Origin: Deltaproteobacteria bacterium
GTDB lineage: Bacteria; Myxococcota; Kuafuiibacteriia; Kuafuiibacteriales; Kuafuiibacteriaceae
Reading direction: 5' to 3'
Length of the DNA stretch: 64,000 nt
Assembly: GCA_040218735.1 (NCBI GenBank)
Contig: JAVJQW010000011.1
Span: 96,001 to 160,000, forward strand
Below the pieces are notes generated by a model. It searched no databases, was not told the origin of the DNA, and was given only the letters and a program-made list of their open reading frames with translations. How positions within the stretch are numbered: position 1 is the stretch's first letter; each line of letters opens with the position of its first letter. A program made the translations under genes and the position numbers. Of this stretch, positions 1 through 10,753 are shown one piece after another.

Positions 1-350
1 GCCTCGACGCGCCCGGCGTGGATGTGCTGCAGGCCGCGCCCTTCGAGGCCGACCCAGAGATCGTCGTTCGTCCCGACCGCGAGCCCCAGGGTTCGGGGCG
101 ACCTCAACCCGTTGGCGTAGCCGACGACGTCGAACGTCGTGCCGTCGAATCGCGCGACCCCACCGAAGGTGGAGACCCAGAGGAAGCCGTCCTGGTCTTG
201 AGCGAGGTCGGTGACCGTGTTCTGCGGGAGACCGTGCTGGTCGTGCCAGGTGTCCGGGCGGAAGCCGGGGACGAAGCCGGTCGGGTTGGCCTCGGCGGTC
301 GGACTCGCAAGGAAAGTCGCGAGGAGGAGTAGTCGGGGCGCCGCGCGCAT
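1..350 (-). CDS. Two-component regulator propeller (Reg_prop) sensor protein, N-terminal part (runs off window start)
   Basis: Manual translation from ATG at 350 gives MRAAPRLLLLATFLASPTAEA...GLPQNTVTDLAQDQDGFLWVSTFGGVARFDG, a signal peptide followed by the typical Reg_prop repeat. Absent from the ORF track because it is truncated. Confidence 0.85.
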   Translation of the reverse strand, partial: MRAAPRLLLLATFLASPTAEANPTGFVPGFRPDTWHDQHGLPQNTVTDLAQDQDGFLWVSTFGGVARFDGTTFDVVGYANGLRSPRTLGLAVGTNDDLWVGLEGRGLQHIHAGRVE

Positions 351-399
351 CCAGTGCGCAGTATACGCGCGGCGGCCCGGGGGATCAGAAGGGTTGGAC

Positions 400-3300
400 T
401 CAGAATTCGGTCATCTCGTCGAAGTCGAAGTCGTCGTGACCGGCCGAGACGTAGGCCTCGGCGGCCGGCGACGACGCCGCGGGCTTCTTGACGCGCGGCG
501 TGGCGGCCACGGCCTGCCGGGGCGCGCTCTGCTCGCTGTCGTCCACGCGGAAGAAGGAGACGAGCTGCTGCAGGTTGTCGGCCTGCTCGTCCATCGAAGA
601 GCTCGCCGCGGCGGCCTCTTCGACGAGCGCCGCGTTCTGCTGCGTCATCTCGTCCATCTGCGTCACGGCCTTGTTGACCTGCTCGATACCCTGCGCCTGC
701 TCGTCCGAGGCGGCGGCGATCTCGGCGATGATGTCGCTGACCTTCTTCACGCCGGCGACGATCTCCTCGAGCGTGGCACCCGACTGATCGACCAGCCGCG
801 AACCGTCCTCGACCTTGGCGACGCTGTCCTTGATGAGCGCCTTGATCTCCTTCGCCGCTCCGGCGCTCCGCTGCGCGAGGTTACGAACCTCGGCCGCGAC
901 CACCGCGAACCCACGCCCCTGCTCACCGGCACGTGCGGCTTCGACCGCAGCGTTCAGCGCGAGGAGGTTGGTCTGGAAGGCAATCTCGTCGATGACGCCG
1001 ATGATGTCCGAGATCTTCTTCGAGGAAGAGTTGATCTCGCTCATCGCGGAGACGGCCTGGCCGACGACCTGACCGCCCTTCTCGGCGACGGCACGCGCCT
1101 CGGCGGCGAGCTGGTTCGCCTGCGCCGCGTTGTCCGCGTTCTGCTTCACGGTGCCGGTCATCTGCTCGATGGTCGCCGCCGTCTCCTCGAGCGCGGCCGC
1201 CTGCTGCTGGGTGCGGGAGCTGAGGTTGCTGTTGCCCTCGTTCAGCTCACCCGCGCCCTGCGCGATGCGACCCGCACCCTCGCGGATCTGGCCGACCATG
1301 CCGCGGAGGTTGCCGAGCGACGAGTTGAGCGCGTCGGACAGCTCCTTGAACGCCCCCTCGTACTCGCCGTCAGACTCCTGCGTGAGGTCACCCTTCGAGA
1401 GCGCGCCGACCACGCTGGTCGTCTCGCGCATCGGCGCGACGAAGGCGTCGAGCATCGTGTTGACGCCCTCGCCGACCACCTGCAGGAAGCCGGTCCAGCC
1501 CTGCGCCTCGAGGCGTTTGTCCAGGTTGCCGGCGGCGGCTTCGCGGATCAGCGCGTCGATCTGGTGCTCGGCGTCTTCCTGCGCCGTGATGTCCTGCCAC
1601 TCGAGCGTGTTGCCGAGGTAGGTGCCGTCGGTGCCGTTGATCGCCGTGACGTTGAGCGAGAAGCGCAGCGGCCCCACGCGAATCTTCGTCTTGTACGGGA
1701 GCCGCGACGGGTCGGCGAGGAGGTTGCGCTGGTGCGACGGGCTCTTGTGGAACACGTCGATGCAGGCGCCCACGATCTTCGACGCCGAGAAACCCGGGTA
1801 GACCTCACGCATCGTGCTCTCGTGCTTGGAGAGCAGCTGGAGGGTCGCGTCGTTCGCGTAGGTGATGACGAAGTCGCGGTCGATCATCATCAGCGGCGTC
1901 GAAGCGTTGGTGACCGCCTGTCGGAGGATCTCGGCCTTGTTCTCGGCCTCCTCCTGCGCGGTGATCTCCTGCCAATCGAGCATGTTCCCGACGTACTCAC
2001 CCTTCGCGTTGGTGATCGCGGTGACGTTCAGCGAGAACCGAAGCGGTCCGACGGTGATCTTCGTCTTGTAGGGGAGCCGCGACGGGTCGTCGAGGAGCCG
2101 CCGCTGGTGCGACGGGTTCTTGTGGAACACGTCGATGCACGCGCCGACGACGTTCTTGGCCGAGAAGCCGGGGTAGATCGAACGAAGCGTCTCCTCGTGA
2201 CGCGACAACAGCTCGATGGTCGCGTTGTTCGCGTACGTGATGACGAAGTCACGGTCGATCATCATCAGCGGAGCCGACGAGTTGGTCACGGCCTGCTGGA
2301 GCGTGTCGGCGCTCTCCTGCGCGACCCGCTGGCGCTCGACTTCGGCGAGGCGCTCCATCGACTGGGAGACGAGCCGACCGACGTTGCGCAACGCTTCCAA
2401 GCGGCCCTCGCTGGGGCTCAGCTCTTCGAGCGCGAAGAAGTCCATCGTCCCGACCACTTCGCCGCCGACGACGATCGGGAAACACACGCCGGACTTCACG
2501 CCCGCGCGCACCGCCGACTCACGGCGGCAGCAGTCCGTCATCTCTCCGAGGTCCTTGACGAAGTAGAGATCGCGACGCTGCCAGGTGCGGCCCGACAGCC
2601 CGACGCCCTCGGCGAAGGAAGCCGTCGCGGTGACGCGGTGGAACTCGTCCGTGACGCGACCGGAGTCGACCGCGAACTCGAGCGCGTGACTCTCCGGGTT
2701 CACCTTCCAGTAGGAGCCATACGCCCAACCGAACGCCTCCTTGACCGTTTCGAGCGCGCGCTTCGCGGCACCTTCCACGGACTCCGCGTCCGACAGCGCG
2801 GACAGCACGCGGTTGACCGCTTCGACGTCCCGGGCGGCCTCGCGCTGCTCTTCGATCGCGGCGATCTGCCCGAACGCCTGCGACACGAGACGGCCGACTT
2901 CGCGGAGCGCCTCGAGGCGCTCCTCGCTCGGCTGCAGAACCTCGAGCGCGAAGAAGTCCATCGTGCCGACGACTTCACCGGCCTGGACGATCGGGAAACA
3001 CACGCCGGACTTCACGCCCGCGCGCATCGCCGACTCGCGGCGGCAGCAGTCGTGCATCTCGCCGAGGTCCTCGACGAAGTACAGGTCGCGCTTCTGCCAG
3101 GTGCGGCCGGAGAGGCCGACGCCGTACGCGAAGCTCGCCGACTCCGTCACCTCGTGGAACTCGGGCGTGACCCGCCCGGAGTCCACGACGAACTTCAGCG
3201 CCTTCGCGTCCTGGTCGACCTGCCAATACGAGCCGTAGGCCCAACCGAATGCGTCCTTGACGGCGTCGAGCGCGGCCTTCGCCGCCTCGCGGGTCGAAGC

Positions 3301-3405
3301 GGCGCCCTGGACGGCCTTGACGACCTTCGTCACGGCCTGAGCGTCCGCCAGCTGCTCGGACAGCACGTTGATCTTCTGTGCGGAACTGGTCCTCTTCGTT
3401 GCCAC
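400..3405 (-). CDS. Soluble methyl-accepting chemotaxis protein, Aer2-like (2xGAF, 2xPAS, HAMP-like, MCP signal domain)
   Basis: MCP core [40 protein letters not shown]; two PAS repeats IDVFHKxPSHQR...W; two GAF repeats; no TM segment; C-terminal pentapeptide EMTEF. Confidence 0.93.
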   Translation of the reverse strand: MATKRTSSAQKINVLSEQLADAQAVTKVVKAVQGAASTREAAKAALDAVKDAFGWAYGSYWQVDQDAKALKFVVDSGRVTPEFHEVTESASFAYGVGLSGRTWQKRDLYFVEDLGEMHDCCRRESAMRAGVKSGVCFPIVQAGEVVGTMDFFALEVLQPSEERLEALREVGRLVSQAFGQIAAIEEQREAARDVEAVNRVLSALSDAESVEGAAKRALETVKEAFGWAYGSYWKVNPESHALEFAVDSGRVTDEFHRVTATASFAEGVGLSGRTWQRRDLYFVKDLGEMTDCCRRESAVRAGVKSGVCFPIVVGGEVVGTMDFFALEELSPSEGRLEALRNVGRLVSQSMERLAEVERQRVAQESADTLQQAVTNSSAPLMMIDRDFVITYANNATIELLSRHEETLRSIYPGFSAKNVVGACIDVFHKNPSHQRRLLDDPSRLPYKTKITVGPLRFSLNVTAITNAKGEYVGNMLDWQEITAQEEAENKAEILRQAVTNASTPLMMIDRDFVITYANDATLQLLSKHESTMREVYPGFSASKIVGACIDVFHKSPSHQRNLLADPSRLPYKTKIRVGPLRFSLNVTAINGTDGTYLGNTLEWQDITAQEDAEHQIDALIREAAAGNLDKRLEAQGWTGFLQVVGEGVNTMLDAFVAPMRETTSVVGALSKGDLTQESDGEYEGAFKELSDALNSSLGNLRGMVGQIREGAGRIAQGAGELNEGNSNLSSRTQQQAAALEETAATIEQMTGTVKQNADNAAQANQLAAEARAVAEKGGQVVGQAVSAMSEINSSSKKISDIIGVIDEIAFQTNLLALNAAVEAARAGEQGRGFAVVAAEVRNLAQRSAGAAKEIKALIKDSVAKVEDGSRLVDQSGATLEEIVAGVKKVSDIIAEIAAASDEQAQGIEQVNKAVTQMDEMTQQNAALVEEAAAASSSMDEQADNLQQLVSFFRVDDSEQSAPRQAVAATPRVKKPAASSPAAEAYVSAGHDDFDFDEMTEF

Positions 3406-3432
3406 TATTCTACTTCCTTCTCGACACTACAT

Positions 3433-3951
3433 TCAGTGGATCACATTCGAGCGAACGTGCTCGTACGTGCGGTTGCCATCCAAGAGCTCATCGATCTCGA
3501 GAACGATGATCATCTTGTCGTCCATGGTTGCGAGGCCCTTCACGAAGGCCGTGGTCGCGCTCGCGCCAAAATCAGGTGGCGGCTTCATCGCGTCCGGCGG
3601 TACGTCGTAGACCTCCGAAACGGCGTCCACGACCATGCCCACCGGGCGCGGTCCCTTCTCGGACTGCACGAGGACGAGAATGACGACCGTCGTCGGCCCG
3701 TACTCGACCTCCGCAAGCCCGAAGCGCGCGCGCAAGTCGACGACGGGGACGATCAAGCCACGAAGGTTGATCACCCCGCGCACGTAATGCGGCGTGTTCG
3801 GAATCTCACTCGCCCGCTCCCAACCCCGAATCTCCTGCACCCGCAGGATGTCCACGCCGTACTCTTCACCGGCGAGGAGGAAGGTGAGGAACTGACGGGT
3901 CTCGGACGTGACCTGCTCGTCTTGGTGCTCTAGCGCGTGTCCTTGAACCAA
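3433..3951 (-). CDS. cheW: Chemotaxis coupling protein CheW
   Basis: QFLTFLLAGEEYGVDILRVQEIRG...VRGVINLRGLIVPVVDLR. Start codon uncertain; TTG at 3951 chosen. Confidence 0.93.
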   Translation of the reverse strand: MVQGHALEHQDEQVTSETRQFLTFLLAGEEYGVDILRVQEIRGWERASEIPNTPHYVRGVINLRGLIVPVVDLRARFGLAEVEYGPTTVVILVLVQSEKGPRPVGMVVDAVSEVYDVPPDAMKPPPDFGASATTAFVKGLATMDDKMIIVLEIDELLDGNRTYEHVRSNVIH

Positions 3952-4127
3952 GCTCGAAACCCCCTGAGCACGGGTGGCAGAAAACGCACCCGGGCTACGG
4001 GAAAGAGGGATCGGACGGTTCGACCGAGATTCGAGCCTGAGCAGGGTGAATACACTCGAAAAGTGTCGGGGCCGATTCGGAGGCCTCGCGCTCATACCGG
4101 GCTGAAGACGTCCGATGGATCGAAGTC

Positions 4128-4412
4128 ATGGCCGACTCCGCGCACCGTATCGCCCTCCCGAACCGGCTCGGCATCGCCAACGTCACCGCGTTCAAGGAAG
4201 TGCTCACGGGCTGCTTCGAACAGTCCGGTCCGATCCACGTCGAGGCCGACGCGGTCGAGCGCATCGACGCCGCGGGACTGCAGCTGATGTTCGCCTTCGT
4301 CACGGCGGCGCACGAGCGTGGGCAGCCGGTCGAGTGGAAGGCGCCGTCCGAGGTCGTTCTGAAGACGGCGACGATGCTCGGTCTCGCCGAAGCCCTCGGC
4401 CTCGGCGGATGA
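4128..4412 (+). CDS. STAS domain protein (chemotaxis-associated anti-anti-sigma-like)
   Basis: 94 aa with VERIDAAGLQLM motif and C-terminal LGL; divergent from cheW. Confidence 0.85.
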   Translation: MADSAHRIALPNRLGIANVTAFKEVLTGCFEQSGPIHVEADAVERIDAAGLQLMFAFVTAAHERGQPVEWKAPSEVVLKTATMLGLAEALGLGG

Positions 4413-4420
4413 CGGCTCGG

Positions 4421-6562
4421 TTAGGCCGCGAGCTCTCGTGACACGGCGCGGGCGAGCTCGCGGAGCGACTTCGACACCGCGCGCGTCGACGCGCTCTCGC
4501 TGAACTCGAGGCTCGTGAACGGCTTGACCGCCGCCCTCAGCGCGCGCACCTCGCCGCGCTGCACACCTGTGAGCACAGCGACGGCGGCGGCGATGACGTC
4601 ACGGCGCGGACGGCGCTGCGGCGCGAGCTTCAATCGCAGCTGTTCGAGGAGCGCGACGGCGACCTCGATCACCCGCGGGTCGTCGGGAGCGAGCGGGAGG
4701 ATCCCGGCGAGCATACACGCGAGGTCCTTCACGTACTCGAAGCCGTCCTCCTCGTCGTCGGTGCTCTCCCAGTCGGCGACGCGCGCCTCCATCTGCGCGC
4801 GCAGGAACGCGAGGCCGTCCTCCCCCGCCGCCGAGGCGTACGCCTCCACGACCGAAGCGCGACCGCCGTCGTCGATGCGCCCGAGCCTCCGCGCCACGGC
4901 GCGCTCCAGCCCGGGTAGCGCGAGCTTGCTCTTCAGCTCGCCCGCGGCGACGGCGGCCCGCACGCACATGTCCCAGTTCGCGGGCGAAAAGCTCGCGTGA
5001 CCGAGGAGCTGCGCGAGCACCTCGTGTGTCTGGAGGGTGTCGCGTTTCATCAGCTGGATCAGCGGCTCGTCGGAGGCCATGCGAATCCAGTCGTCCATCT
5101 CGCGGAGCCACGCGCGCGCGCCCTCCGTGAGCACCTGCGTCGCGCGCGGCTCCTCGAAGTGGCCGTACGCACGGAAGAGCTCGGTGAGGCGCCGCGGCCC
5201 GAAGTTCTCGGTGCCGATGCGCGACAGCTCCGCCTCGAACGTCGCGACGTCCTCGGCGAGGTGGGCCCACGCGAGGATCAACCCCCACGAGGCGCCTTCG
5301 TGGGTGTCCCCCACCCGCGCCGCACGCTCGAGGCGCGCGAGGACCAGCGGACGAAAGCGCTGATCGACGACCTCCGCGAGGCGGTCCATCGCACGATCGG
5401 CGTCGAGTCCTCCGTGCAGCGGCGCGGGCCCCGGGGCGATCGCCCCGCCGCGCGAGAGGTGCTCCAGCAACAGCAGCGCTTCCCGCGCGAGCGCGTCGTC
5501 GTCGGACGTCGCTTCGATCTCGGCGAGCGCGGCGTGCGCCTCCCGGTGCTCGATCTCCTCGTCCGCGAGCCGCTCGTGGAGGCGGCTGCGCGCGCCAGCG
5601 CCGAGGACCTCGTTCGGCGCCGCCCGGATCGCGACGTCCCGCAGAGCGTTCAGCTGCGCGGTGTCCCGGTCCGCCATCTTCATGCGCGTCCCATCGCGGA
5701 GCCGCTGGATGCACTGGCGCGACTCGATGACGACCTGCGAGGCGAAGTGCCCGGTGAGCTCGAGGGCCTCGCTGAGCGCGTGGCGGTTGTCGAAGAAGTG
5801 GTGCGACCACAGCCAGTAGGTCGCGACGTGCGGCCAACGCTTGGCGGCGTCCTTCTCGTCCTCCCACCGCGCGAGCGGTGCCGCCCGCTGCACCGCGGAG
5901 CCGAAGTCGCGCCCGATGCCGAGGAGCGCGTGCACCAACCACTCCGCGCGAGCGAACAGCTTCGCCGGGTCGAGGTGCGGCGGCAGCGGCTCCACCGAGG
6001 CCACCGCCTCGAACAGCTTCAGCGCCGAAGACAGGTGCTGACCCTCGCTCGACGAGAACCGGACGTCGTCGAACTCTTCGCGCTCCTCCTCCTCCACCAG
6101 TCGGAACAGGCGGGCCGCGATCGACTGGTCCGTCGGCCACAGGCCCCAGTCCTGGGGGTGGAAGTAGTAGACCCGCGCGGAGCCCGAGGGCGTCGACGCC
6201 CAGGACGCGAGGAAGCTCATCTCGTCCTGCTGGACGATGACGGACGCGGCGCAGAGGAACCCGAGCAGGTCCGCGATCCAGGACGGCCCGCGGCGGTCGA
6301 TGAAGTCGAACAGGGTCAGCTTCGTGCCGGGCGCGCGAAGCTCCGCGTACGCGGGGTCGGCGACCTCCATCTCGTAGCGCTCGAAGATCTCGATCCAGCG
6401 CGCGAGCTCCCCTTCGAAGGCGTGCCCCTGCGTCGCGGCGAGCGGCGCGAGGATCTTGATCGGGCGCTCCCGCGGCGTCGCGAAGCGTTCGACGATCGCC
6501 TCGAGCCGCTCGGCGCTCCCCCCGAAGAGCGCACGGGCCTCCGCCTCCGAAACCAGAGCCAT
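4421..6562 (-). CDS. Hypothetical protein; possible SMI1/KNR4(SUKH)-like N-terminus and helical HEAT-like C-terminus
   Basis: 713-aa ORF with normal composition; ARVYYFHPQD...DQSIAARLF resembles the SUKH C-terminal motif (weak). Confidence 0.6.
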   Translation of the reverse strand: MALVSEAEARALFGGSAERLEAIVERFATPRERPIKILAPLAATQGHAFEGELARWIEIFERYEMEVADPAYAELRAPGTKLTLFDFIDRRGPSWIADLLGFLCAASVIVQQDEMSFLASWASTPSGSARVYYFHPQDWGLWPTDQSIAARLFRLVEEEEREEFDDVRFSSSEGQHLSSALKLFEAVASVEPLPPHLDPAKLFARAEWLVHALLGIGRDFGSAVQRAAPLARWEDEKDAAKRWPHVATYWLWSHHFFDNRHALSEALELTGHFASQVVIESRQCIQRLRDGTRMKMADRDTAQLNALRDVAIRAAPNEVLGAGARSRLHERLADEEIEHREAHAALAEIEATSDDDALAREALLLLEHLSRGGAIAPGPAPLHGGLDADRAMDRLAEVVDQRFRPLVLARLERAARVGDTHEGASWGLILAWAHLAEDVATFEAELSRIGTENFGPRRLTELFRAYGHFEEPRATQVLTEGARAWLREMDDWIRMASDEPLIQLMKRDTLQTHEVLAQLLGHASFSPANWDMCVRAAVAAGELKSKLALPGLERAVARRLGRIDDGGRASVVEAYASAAGEDGLAFLRAQMEARVADWESTDDEEDGFEYVKDLACMLAGILPLAPDDPRVIEVAVALLEQLRLKLAPQRRPRRDVIAAAVAVLTGVQRGEVRALRAAVKPFTSLEFSESASTRAVSKSLRELARAVSRELAA

Positions 6563-6680
6563 CGGGGGACGCTAGCACGGTGCAGATCGGTCCGGCGAAA
6601 ACTCGGACGCCGGATCGGTGATCCGATCCTCGGGATCGCGCCGATCCCCTGCCCCTCTCGATGGCGTGGTTCGTGATCCG

Positions 6681-7337
6681 TCAGCGACGCCGGTCCGCAC
6701 CGCGCGGTCGGGAGAGGAAACGATCCACCACGACGCCGTCGAGCGGGTCCTCGCCGTCGAGGTTCAACGCGACGTACTCGAGGCTGTCGTTCCCCCAGAA
6801 CAACTCGTCGCCGACCACGAACGTCGGCACGCCGAAGACCCCCGCTTCGATCGCCTCGGCCGTCAGGTCCTTCAGACGAGCCTTCGACTCCGGCGCCTTC
6901 GCCGCTTCGACGAGCGCCGCACCGTCGTGCCCGCGCTCGGTGAGCGCCGCGGCGATCACGTCGTCGTCACCGCCGTCGATCCCGCCCGTGCCCCAGATCG
7001 CGTCGAACAGATCGTCGACGCGGCGGTGCTGGGTCTCGGGGTCCGCCGGCAGCGCGGCGATACGCAGCGCGGTGAGCGTGCGGAACGGGTGCGTCGCGGG
7101 CCCGACGAGCGGGATGCCGCGGCGCATCGCGTAGCGGACGATGTGTTTGAACGTCCACACGCGCTTCGCCGGGATCTCCGCCGGGCCCAGCTGACCGTGG
7201 TGGTCGAGGAGCGCCGCGAACACAACCGGGCGGACGTCGAGCGCCAGGTCGCGCTCCTTCGCGAGGGTGCGGACGTTGCGCCAGCCGAAGTAGGCGTAGG
7301 GCGAGATGAAGTCGAGGTAGACGCGGACGGTGGCCAC
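6681..7337 (-). CDS. 2-hydroxychromene-2-carboxylate isomerase / DsbA-like (GST kappa) protein
   Basis: YLDFISPYAY N-terminal motif; GVFGVPTFVVGDELFWGND C-terminal motif. Confidence 0.9.
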   Translation of the reverse strand: MATVRVYLDFISPYAYFGWRNVRTLAKERDLALDVRPVVFAALLDHHGQLGPAEIPAKRVWTFKHIVRYAMRRGIPLVGPATHPFRTLTALRIAALPADPETQHRRVDDLFDAIWGTGGIDGGDDDVIAAALTERGHDGAALVEAAKAPESKARLKDLTAEAIEAGVFGVPTFVVGDELFWGNDSLEYVALNLDGEDPLDGVVVDRFLSRPRGADRRR

Positions 7338-7374
7338 GCCCGTACGGATGCCACGAACGTAAGCCGATGCGAAA

Positions 7375-10300
7375 TCAGCGCTTCACCCGCGCGGAGGTGA
7401 CACGGCCGATCCACGCCTCCAGCTCGTCGGGCTGGGGCGGGCGCTGCAGGCCCCACAGACGGACGCGAGTGTCGGCGCTGCCCGAGACGATGCGGGCGCC
7501 GTCGGAGGAGATCGTGACGTCGAAAACCGGCGCGCGGTGACCGCGGAGCACCCGGGACTCGCCGGTCTCGACGTCCCAGATGCGCACGGTGTGGTCGCCG
7601 CTCCCGGTCACGAGCGCGCGCGATGCCGGGTCGAACTCCAGGTCCCAGACGATCGATCGGTGACCGACCATCGCGTCGCAGAAGTCGTAGGCGCGACGGC
7701 ACAGATACAGCGACTCGTTGAACGTCGAGACCGCGAGGAAGCGACCGTCCGGCGAGTAACGAACGAGGCGCGCGCCGTCGAGCCCTTCGTGTTTGCGAAC
7801 GATCGTCCCCGACGCCGGGTCGATCACGTAGACGACCCCCGTCGAGCTCGCCGCCGCGACGCGGCGACCGTTGGGTGCGAACGACACGCCCCAAGCTTCA
7901 CCGGCGTCGAGGCGGACGGTCTGCTCCGGCTCACCCGACGCCGACCACAGGCGCAGCGTCCCGTCGCGGCTCGACGAAGCGATGCGGCCCGACACCGGAT
8001 CGAACGCGACGAAGGTCACCGCATCCTCGTGGCCCTCCAGCGCGCGACCCTCGTGCGTCGCGAGGTCCCACAGCCAGATGACGTGATCCTCACCCGCCGT
8101 CGCGAGCCGCTTGCCGTCGGGGGAGAACGCCAGCTCCTCGACGTCCTGCCCGTGCCCGCGGAGCACGATGGGCTCGCCACCTTCGCTCGGCCACAGGCGC
8201 GCCGTGCGGTCGTCACTCGTGCTCGCGACGTAGGCGTCGTCCGGGGAGAACAACACGCGGAAGATGTGGTCCTCGTGGCCCGCGAAGGTCCGGTGGGAGC
8301 CGTCGACGAGATCCCAGATGCGCACCTCGTTGTCATGCCCACCGGAGGCGACACGGGTGCCGTCCGACGAGAAGTCGACGCCGTGCACGCCGATCTTGTG
8401 CCCGATGAGGACGCGCCGGTAGCCCGGGTCCACCTGCCAGTAACGCACCGTTTGATCCCACGCGCCCGAGGCCACCGCGCGTCCGTCGTTCGACACGGCG
8501 ACGGACGAGACCACGTCGCCGTGACCGAGCAGAACCAGCGCCTCGTTGGCCTCGAGATCCCAGACCCGCACGGTGCGATCCCAACCCGCACTCACGACGC
8601 GCTTCGCGTCGGGCGTGAACGCCACCATCGACACACGCTCCGAGTGGCCGTGGAGCGTGCGGACCTTCCCCGTGCGGACGTCGATCAGGCGGACGGTGTG
8701 GTCGAGCCCCGCCGAGGCCACCGTCAACCCGTCTTGCGAGAACGTGACGTGGTTGGAGACGTCGTCGTGGGCCTGCACGATGCGATGGGTGTCGTCGTCG
8801 AGGTTGACGATCAGCACCGAGCCGTCCGCGGCCGCCGCCGCGAGGCGTCGACCGTCGAAGGAGATCGCGACGTGGCGTACCGGCGCCGCCTGCTCGGCAA
8901 ACCTCCGCGACTCGCCGGTGGCGACCTCGAAGACGAACACCGCGTTGCCGTGACCGCCGGTGACGACGTAACGACCGTCGCGCGTGAAGGCGACCGTCAC
9001 CTCCCGATTCACGGTCGGGAGGCGGTGCACGACGGGTTTGTCACCGCCCGGCGACGACAGGCGCAGCGTGCGGTCCTCGCCGACCGAGGCGACCATCTTG
9101 CCATCGGTGGAGATCGCGACGGCCTTCACCGCGGCCTCGTGGCGAACCAACACGCGCGACCCGCGCGAAGCGAGATCCCAAAGACGCACGTCGAGGTCGT
9201 AGCTCCCGCTCACCAACGACGTGCCGGAGGACGCAAACGCGATCGAGGACACGCGGTCCTTGTGCCCGGAGAGCACCTGCGCGCGGCCCGACTCGACGTT
9301 CCACAGGCGAATGGTCTTGTCGGTGCTCGCGGACGCGATCGTCTGTCCGTCGGGGGAGAACGCCACCGCGTTGACCACGTCGTCGTGCCCGGTCAGCACG
9401 TGGCGCGCGACGCCCCGGGACTCGGCTTCGGCCGCGACGGAGGCGGCGCCCGGGAGGGTCTCGTCCAGCTCCATCAGCCAGGCGAGCGCCCGCGTCGGAT
9501 CCGTGTCGAGGAGGGAGCGCGCCTTCTCCAGCGTCAACGCGTCCACCCGCTTCGAGGCGAGCTCCGCGTTGTGCTCCGCGACGTTGCGCTCGTGAGTGAT
9601 GCGCGCGAAGGACCACGCCGCGAAGCCGAGCAGCACCACCGCCGCGAGCGTCGCGACGAAGAAGGCCGCGCGCTGCCGCCGGGCGTAGTGCCCGAGGATC
9701 TGCATCGGGGAGTAGTCGTAGAACCGGACGAGCTGCCCCGCCGTGAAACGCCGCAGCTCGGCCGCCAGCTCTGTCGCCGACTCGAAGCGCTGCAGCGGAT
9801 CGCGCGCCATCGCCTTCGAGACGATCGCCGACAGCGCGGGCGGAACGTCGGGCGCGTACACGTCGAGCGAGATCGGCGGACGCGAAGCGACGGCCTGGAG
9901 GATCTCCGTCGTCGGCACCTCCTGGTACGGGCGGCGCCCCGTGAGAACCTGGTACAACATCGCGCCCAGCGCGTAGACATCGCTCCGCTGGTCGAGCGGC
10001 TTCGCGAGCGCCTGCTCGGGCGGCATGTACGGCGGCGTCCCGACCACGATGCCGTCGGAGGTGTAGAACGCGTCCGGGGTGCTCTCGGGATCGAACGTGA
10101 GTTTGTCGTCCTCGCTCCCGATCTCCTTGGCGAGCCCCCAGTCGAGCAGCACCGTCTCGCCGAACGGCCCGACCATCACGTTCGCTGGCTTGATGTCGCG
10201 GTGCAGGATGCCTTGCGAGTGGGCGTAGGCGACGGCGTCGCAGACGTCGATCACCGCGGGCAACAGCGCCAGCCGCTGGTCCACCGTCTCGGCCTCGTCG

Positions 10301-10716
10301 AGCTTGGTCGACAGGGTGTCGCCCTCCACCAACGTCATGGCGTAGAAGCGCTCGCCGTTCGGCCAGCGCCCCGCCTCGTGGACCGTCACGATGTTCGGGT
10401 GTTCGAGCCGCGCGGTGATGAGCGCCTCGCGGATGAAGCGACCTTCGGCGCGTTTGTCGCGCGGGATCAGCTCTTTGAGCGCGACGCGACGGTTGAGCCG
10501 GGTGTCGTAGGCCTCGACGATGCGTCCGAGGCCGCCGCGCGCGATCTCCTTGCCGAGGATGTACAGCGCGGTGTCGATCTCGACGAAGTCGATCGGCGCC
10601 GACGGCTGCCGACGCGCGCCGGGGAGCGTGTCCTCGACTTCGGTGTCGACGTCCACGCCCTCGAGGGAATGGGTGCGCGCCGGCCGCTCCGGCTTCGTGC
10701 CCCCGCTCCGGCTCAC
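7375..10716 (-). CDS. Ser/Thr protein kinase with TM segment and multiple WD40 repeats
   Basis: [29 protein letters not shown]; hydrophobic segment; more than 10 GH...WD repeats. Confidence 0.95.
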   Translation of the reverse strand: MSRSGGTKPERPARTHSLEGVDVDTEVEDTLPGARRQPSAPIDFVEIDTALYILGKEIARGGLGRIVEAYDTRLNRRVALKELIPRDKRAEGRFIREALITARLEHPNIVTVHEAGRWPNGERFYAMTLVEGDTLSTKLDEAETVDQRLALLPAVIDVCDAVAYAHSQGILHRDIKPANVMVGPFGETVLLDWGLAKEIGSEDDKLTFDPESTPDAFYTSDGIVVGTPPYMPPEQALAKPLDQRSDVYALGAMLYQVLTGRRPYQEVPTTEILQAVASRPPISLDVYAPDVPPALSAIVSKAMARDPLQRFESATELAAELRRFTAGQLVRFYDYSPMQILGHYARRQRAAFFVATLAAVVLLGFAAWSFARITHERNVAEHNAELASKRVDALTLEKARSLLDTDPTRALAWLMELDETLPGAASVAAEAESRGVARHVLTGHDDVVNAVAFSPDGQTIASASTDKTIRLWNVESGRAQVLSGHKDRVSSIAFASSGTSLVSGSYDLDVRLWDLASRGSRVLVRHEAAVKAVAISTDGKMVASVGEDRTLRLSSPGGDKPVVHRLPTVNREVTVAFTRDGRYVVTGGHGNAVFVFEVATGESRRFAEQAAPVRHVAISFDGRRLAAAAADGSVLIVNLDDDTHRIVQAHDDVSNHVTFSQDGLTVASAGLDHTVRLIDVRTGKVRTLHGHSERVSMVAFTPDAKRVVSAGWDRTVRVWDLEANEALVLLGHGDVVSSVAVSNDGRAVASGAWDQTVRYWQVDPGYRRVLIGHKIGVHGVDFSSDGTRVASGGHDNEVRIWDLVDGSHRTFAGHEDHIFRVLFSPDDAYVASTSDDRTARLWPSEGGEPIVLRGHGQDVEELAFSPDGKRLATAGEDHVIWLWDLATHEGRALEGHEDAVTFVAFDPVSGRIASSSRDGTLRLWSASGEPEQTVRLDAGEAWGVSFAPNGRRVAAASSTGVVYVIDPASGTIVRKHEGLDGARLVRYSPDGRFLAVSTFNESLYLCRRAYDFCDAMVGHRSIVWDLEFDPASRALVTGSGDHTVRIWDVETGESRVLRGHRAPVFDVTISSDGARIVSGSADTRVRLWGLQRPPQPDELEAWIGRVTSARVKR

Positions 10717-10753
10717 GCCCCTGGATTACACACGCGCCGCCGCTCGTACAAGC

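Noticed and set aside
211-3933. 1240-aa plus-strand ORF, and similar long ORFs at 7537-10992, 18080-20248, 32178-34649 and 37990-40917
   Set aside because: Antisense shadows of real genes, caused by high-GC codon bias; no recognisable motifs.
3960-4127. Sigma28-like CCGAT boxes and an ACACT-N5-AGTGT inverted repeat between cheW and the STAS gene
   Set aside because: -35 elements and spacing are not convincing by eye.
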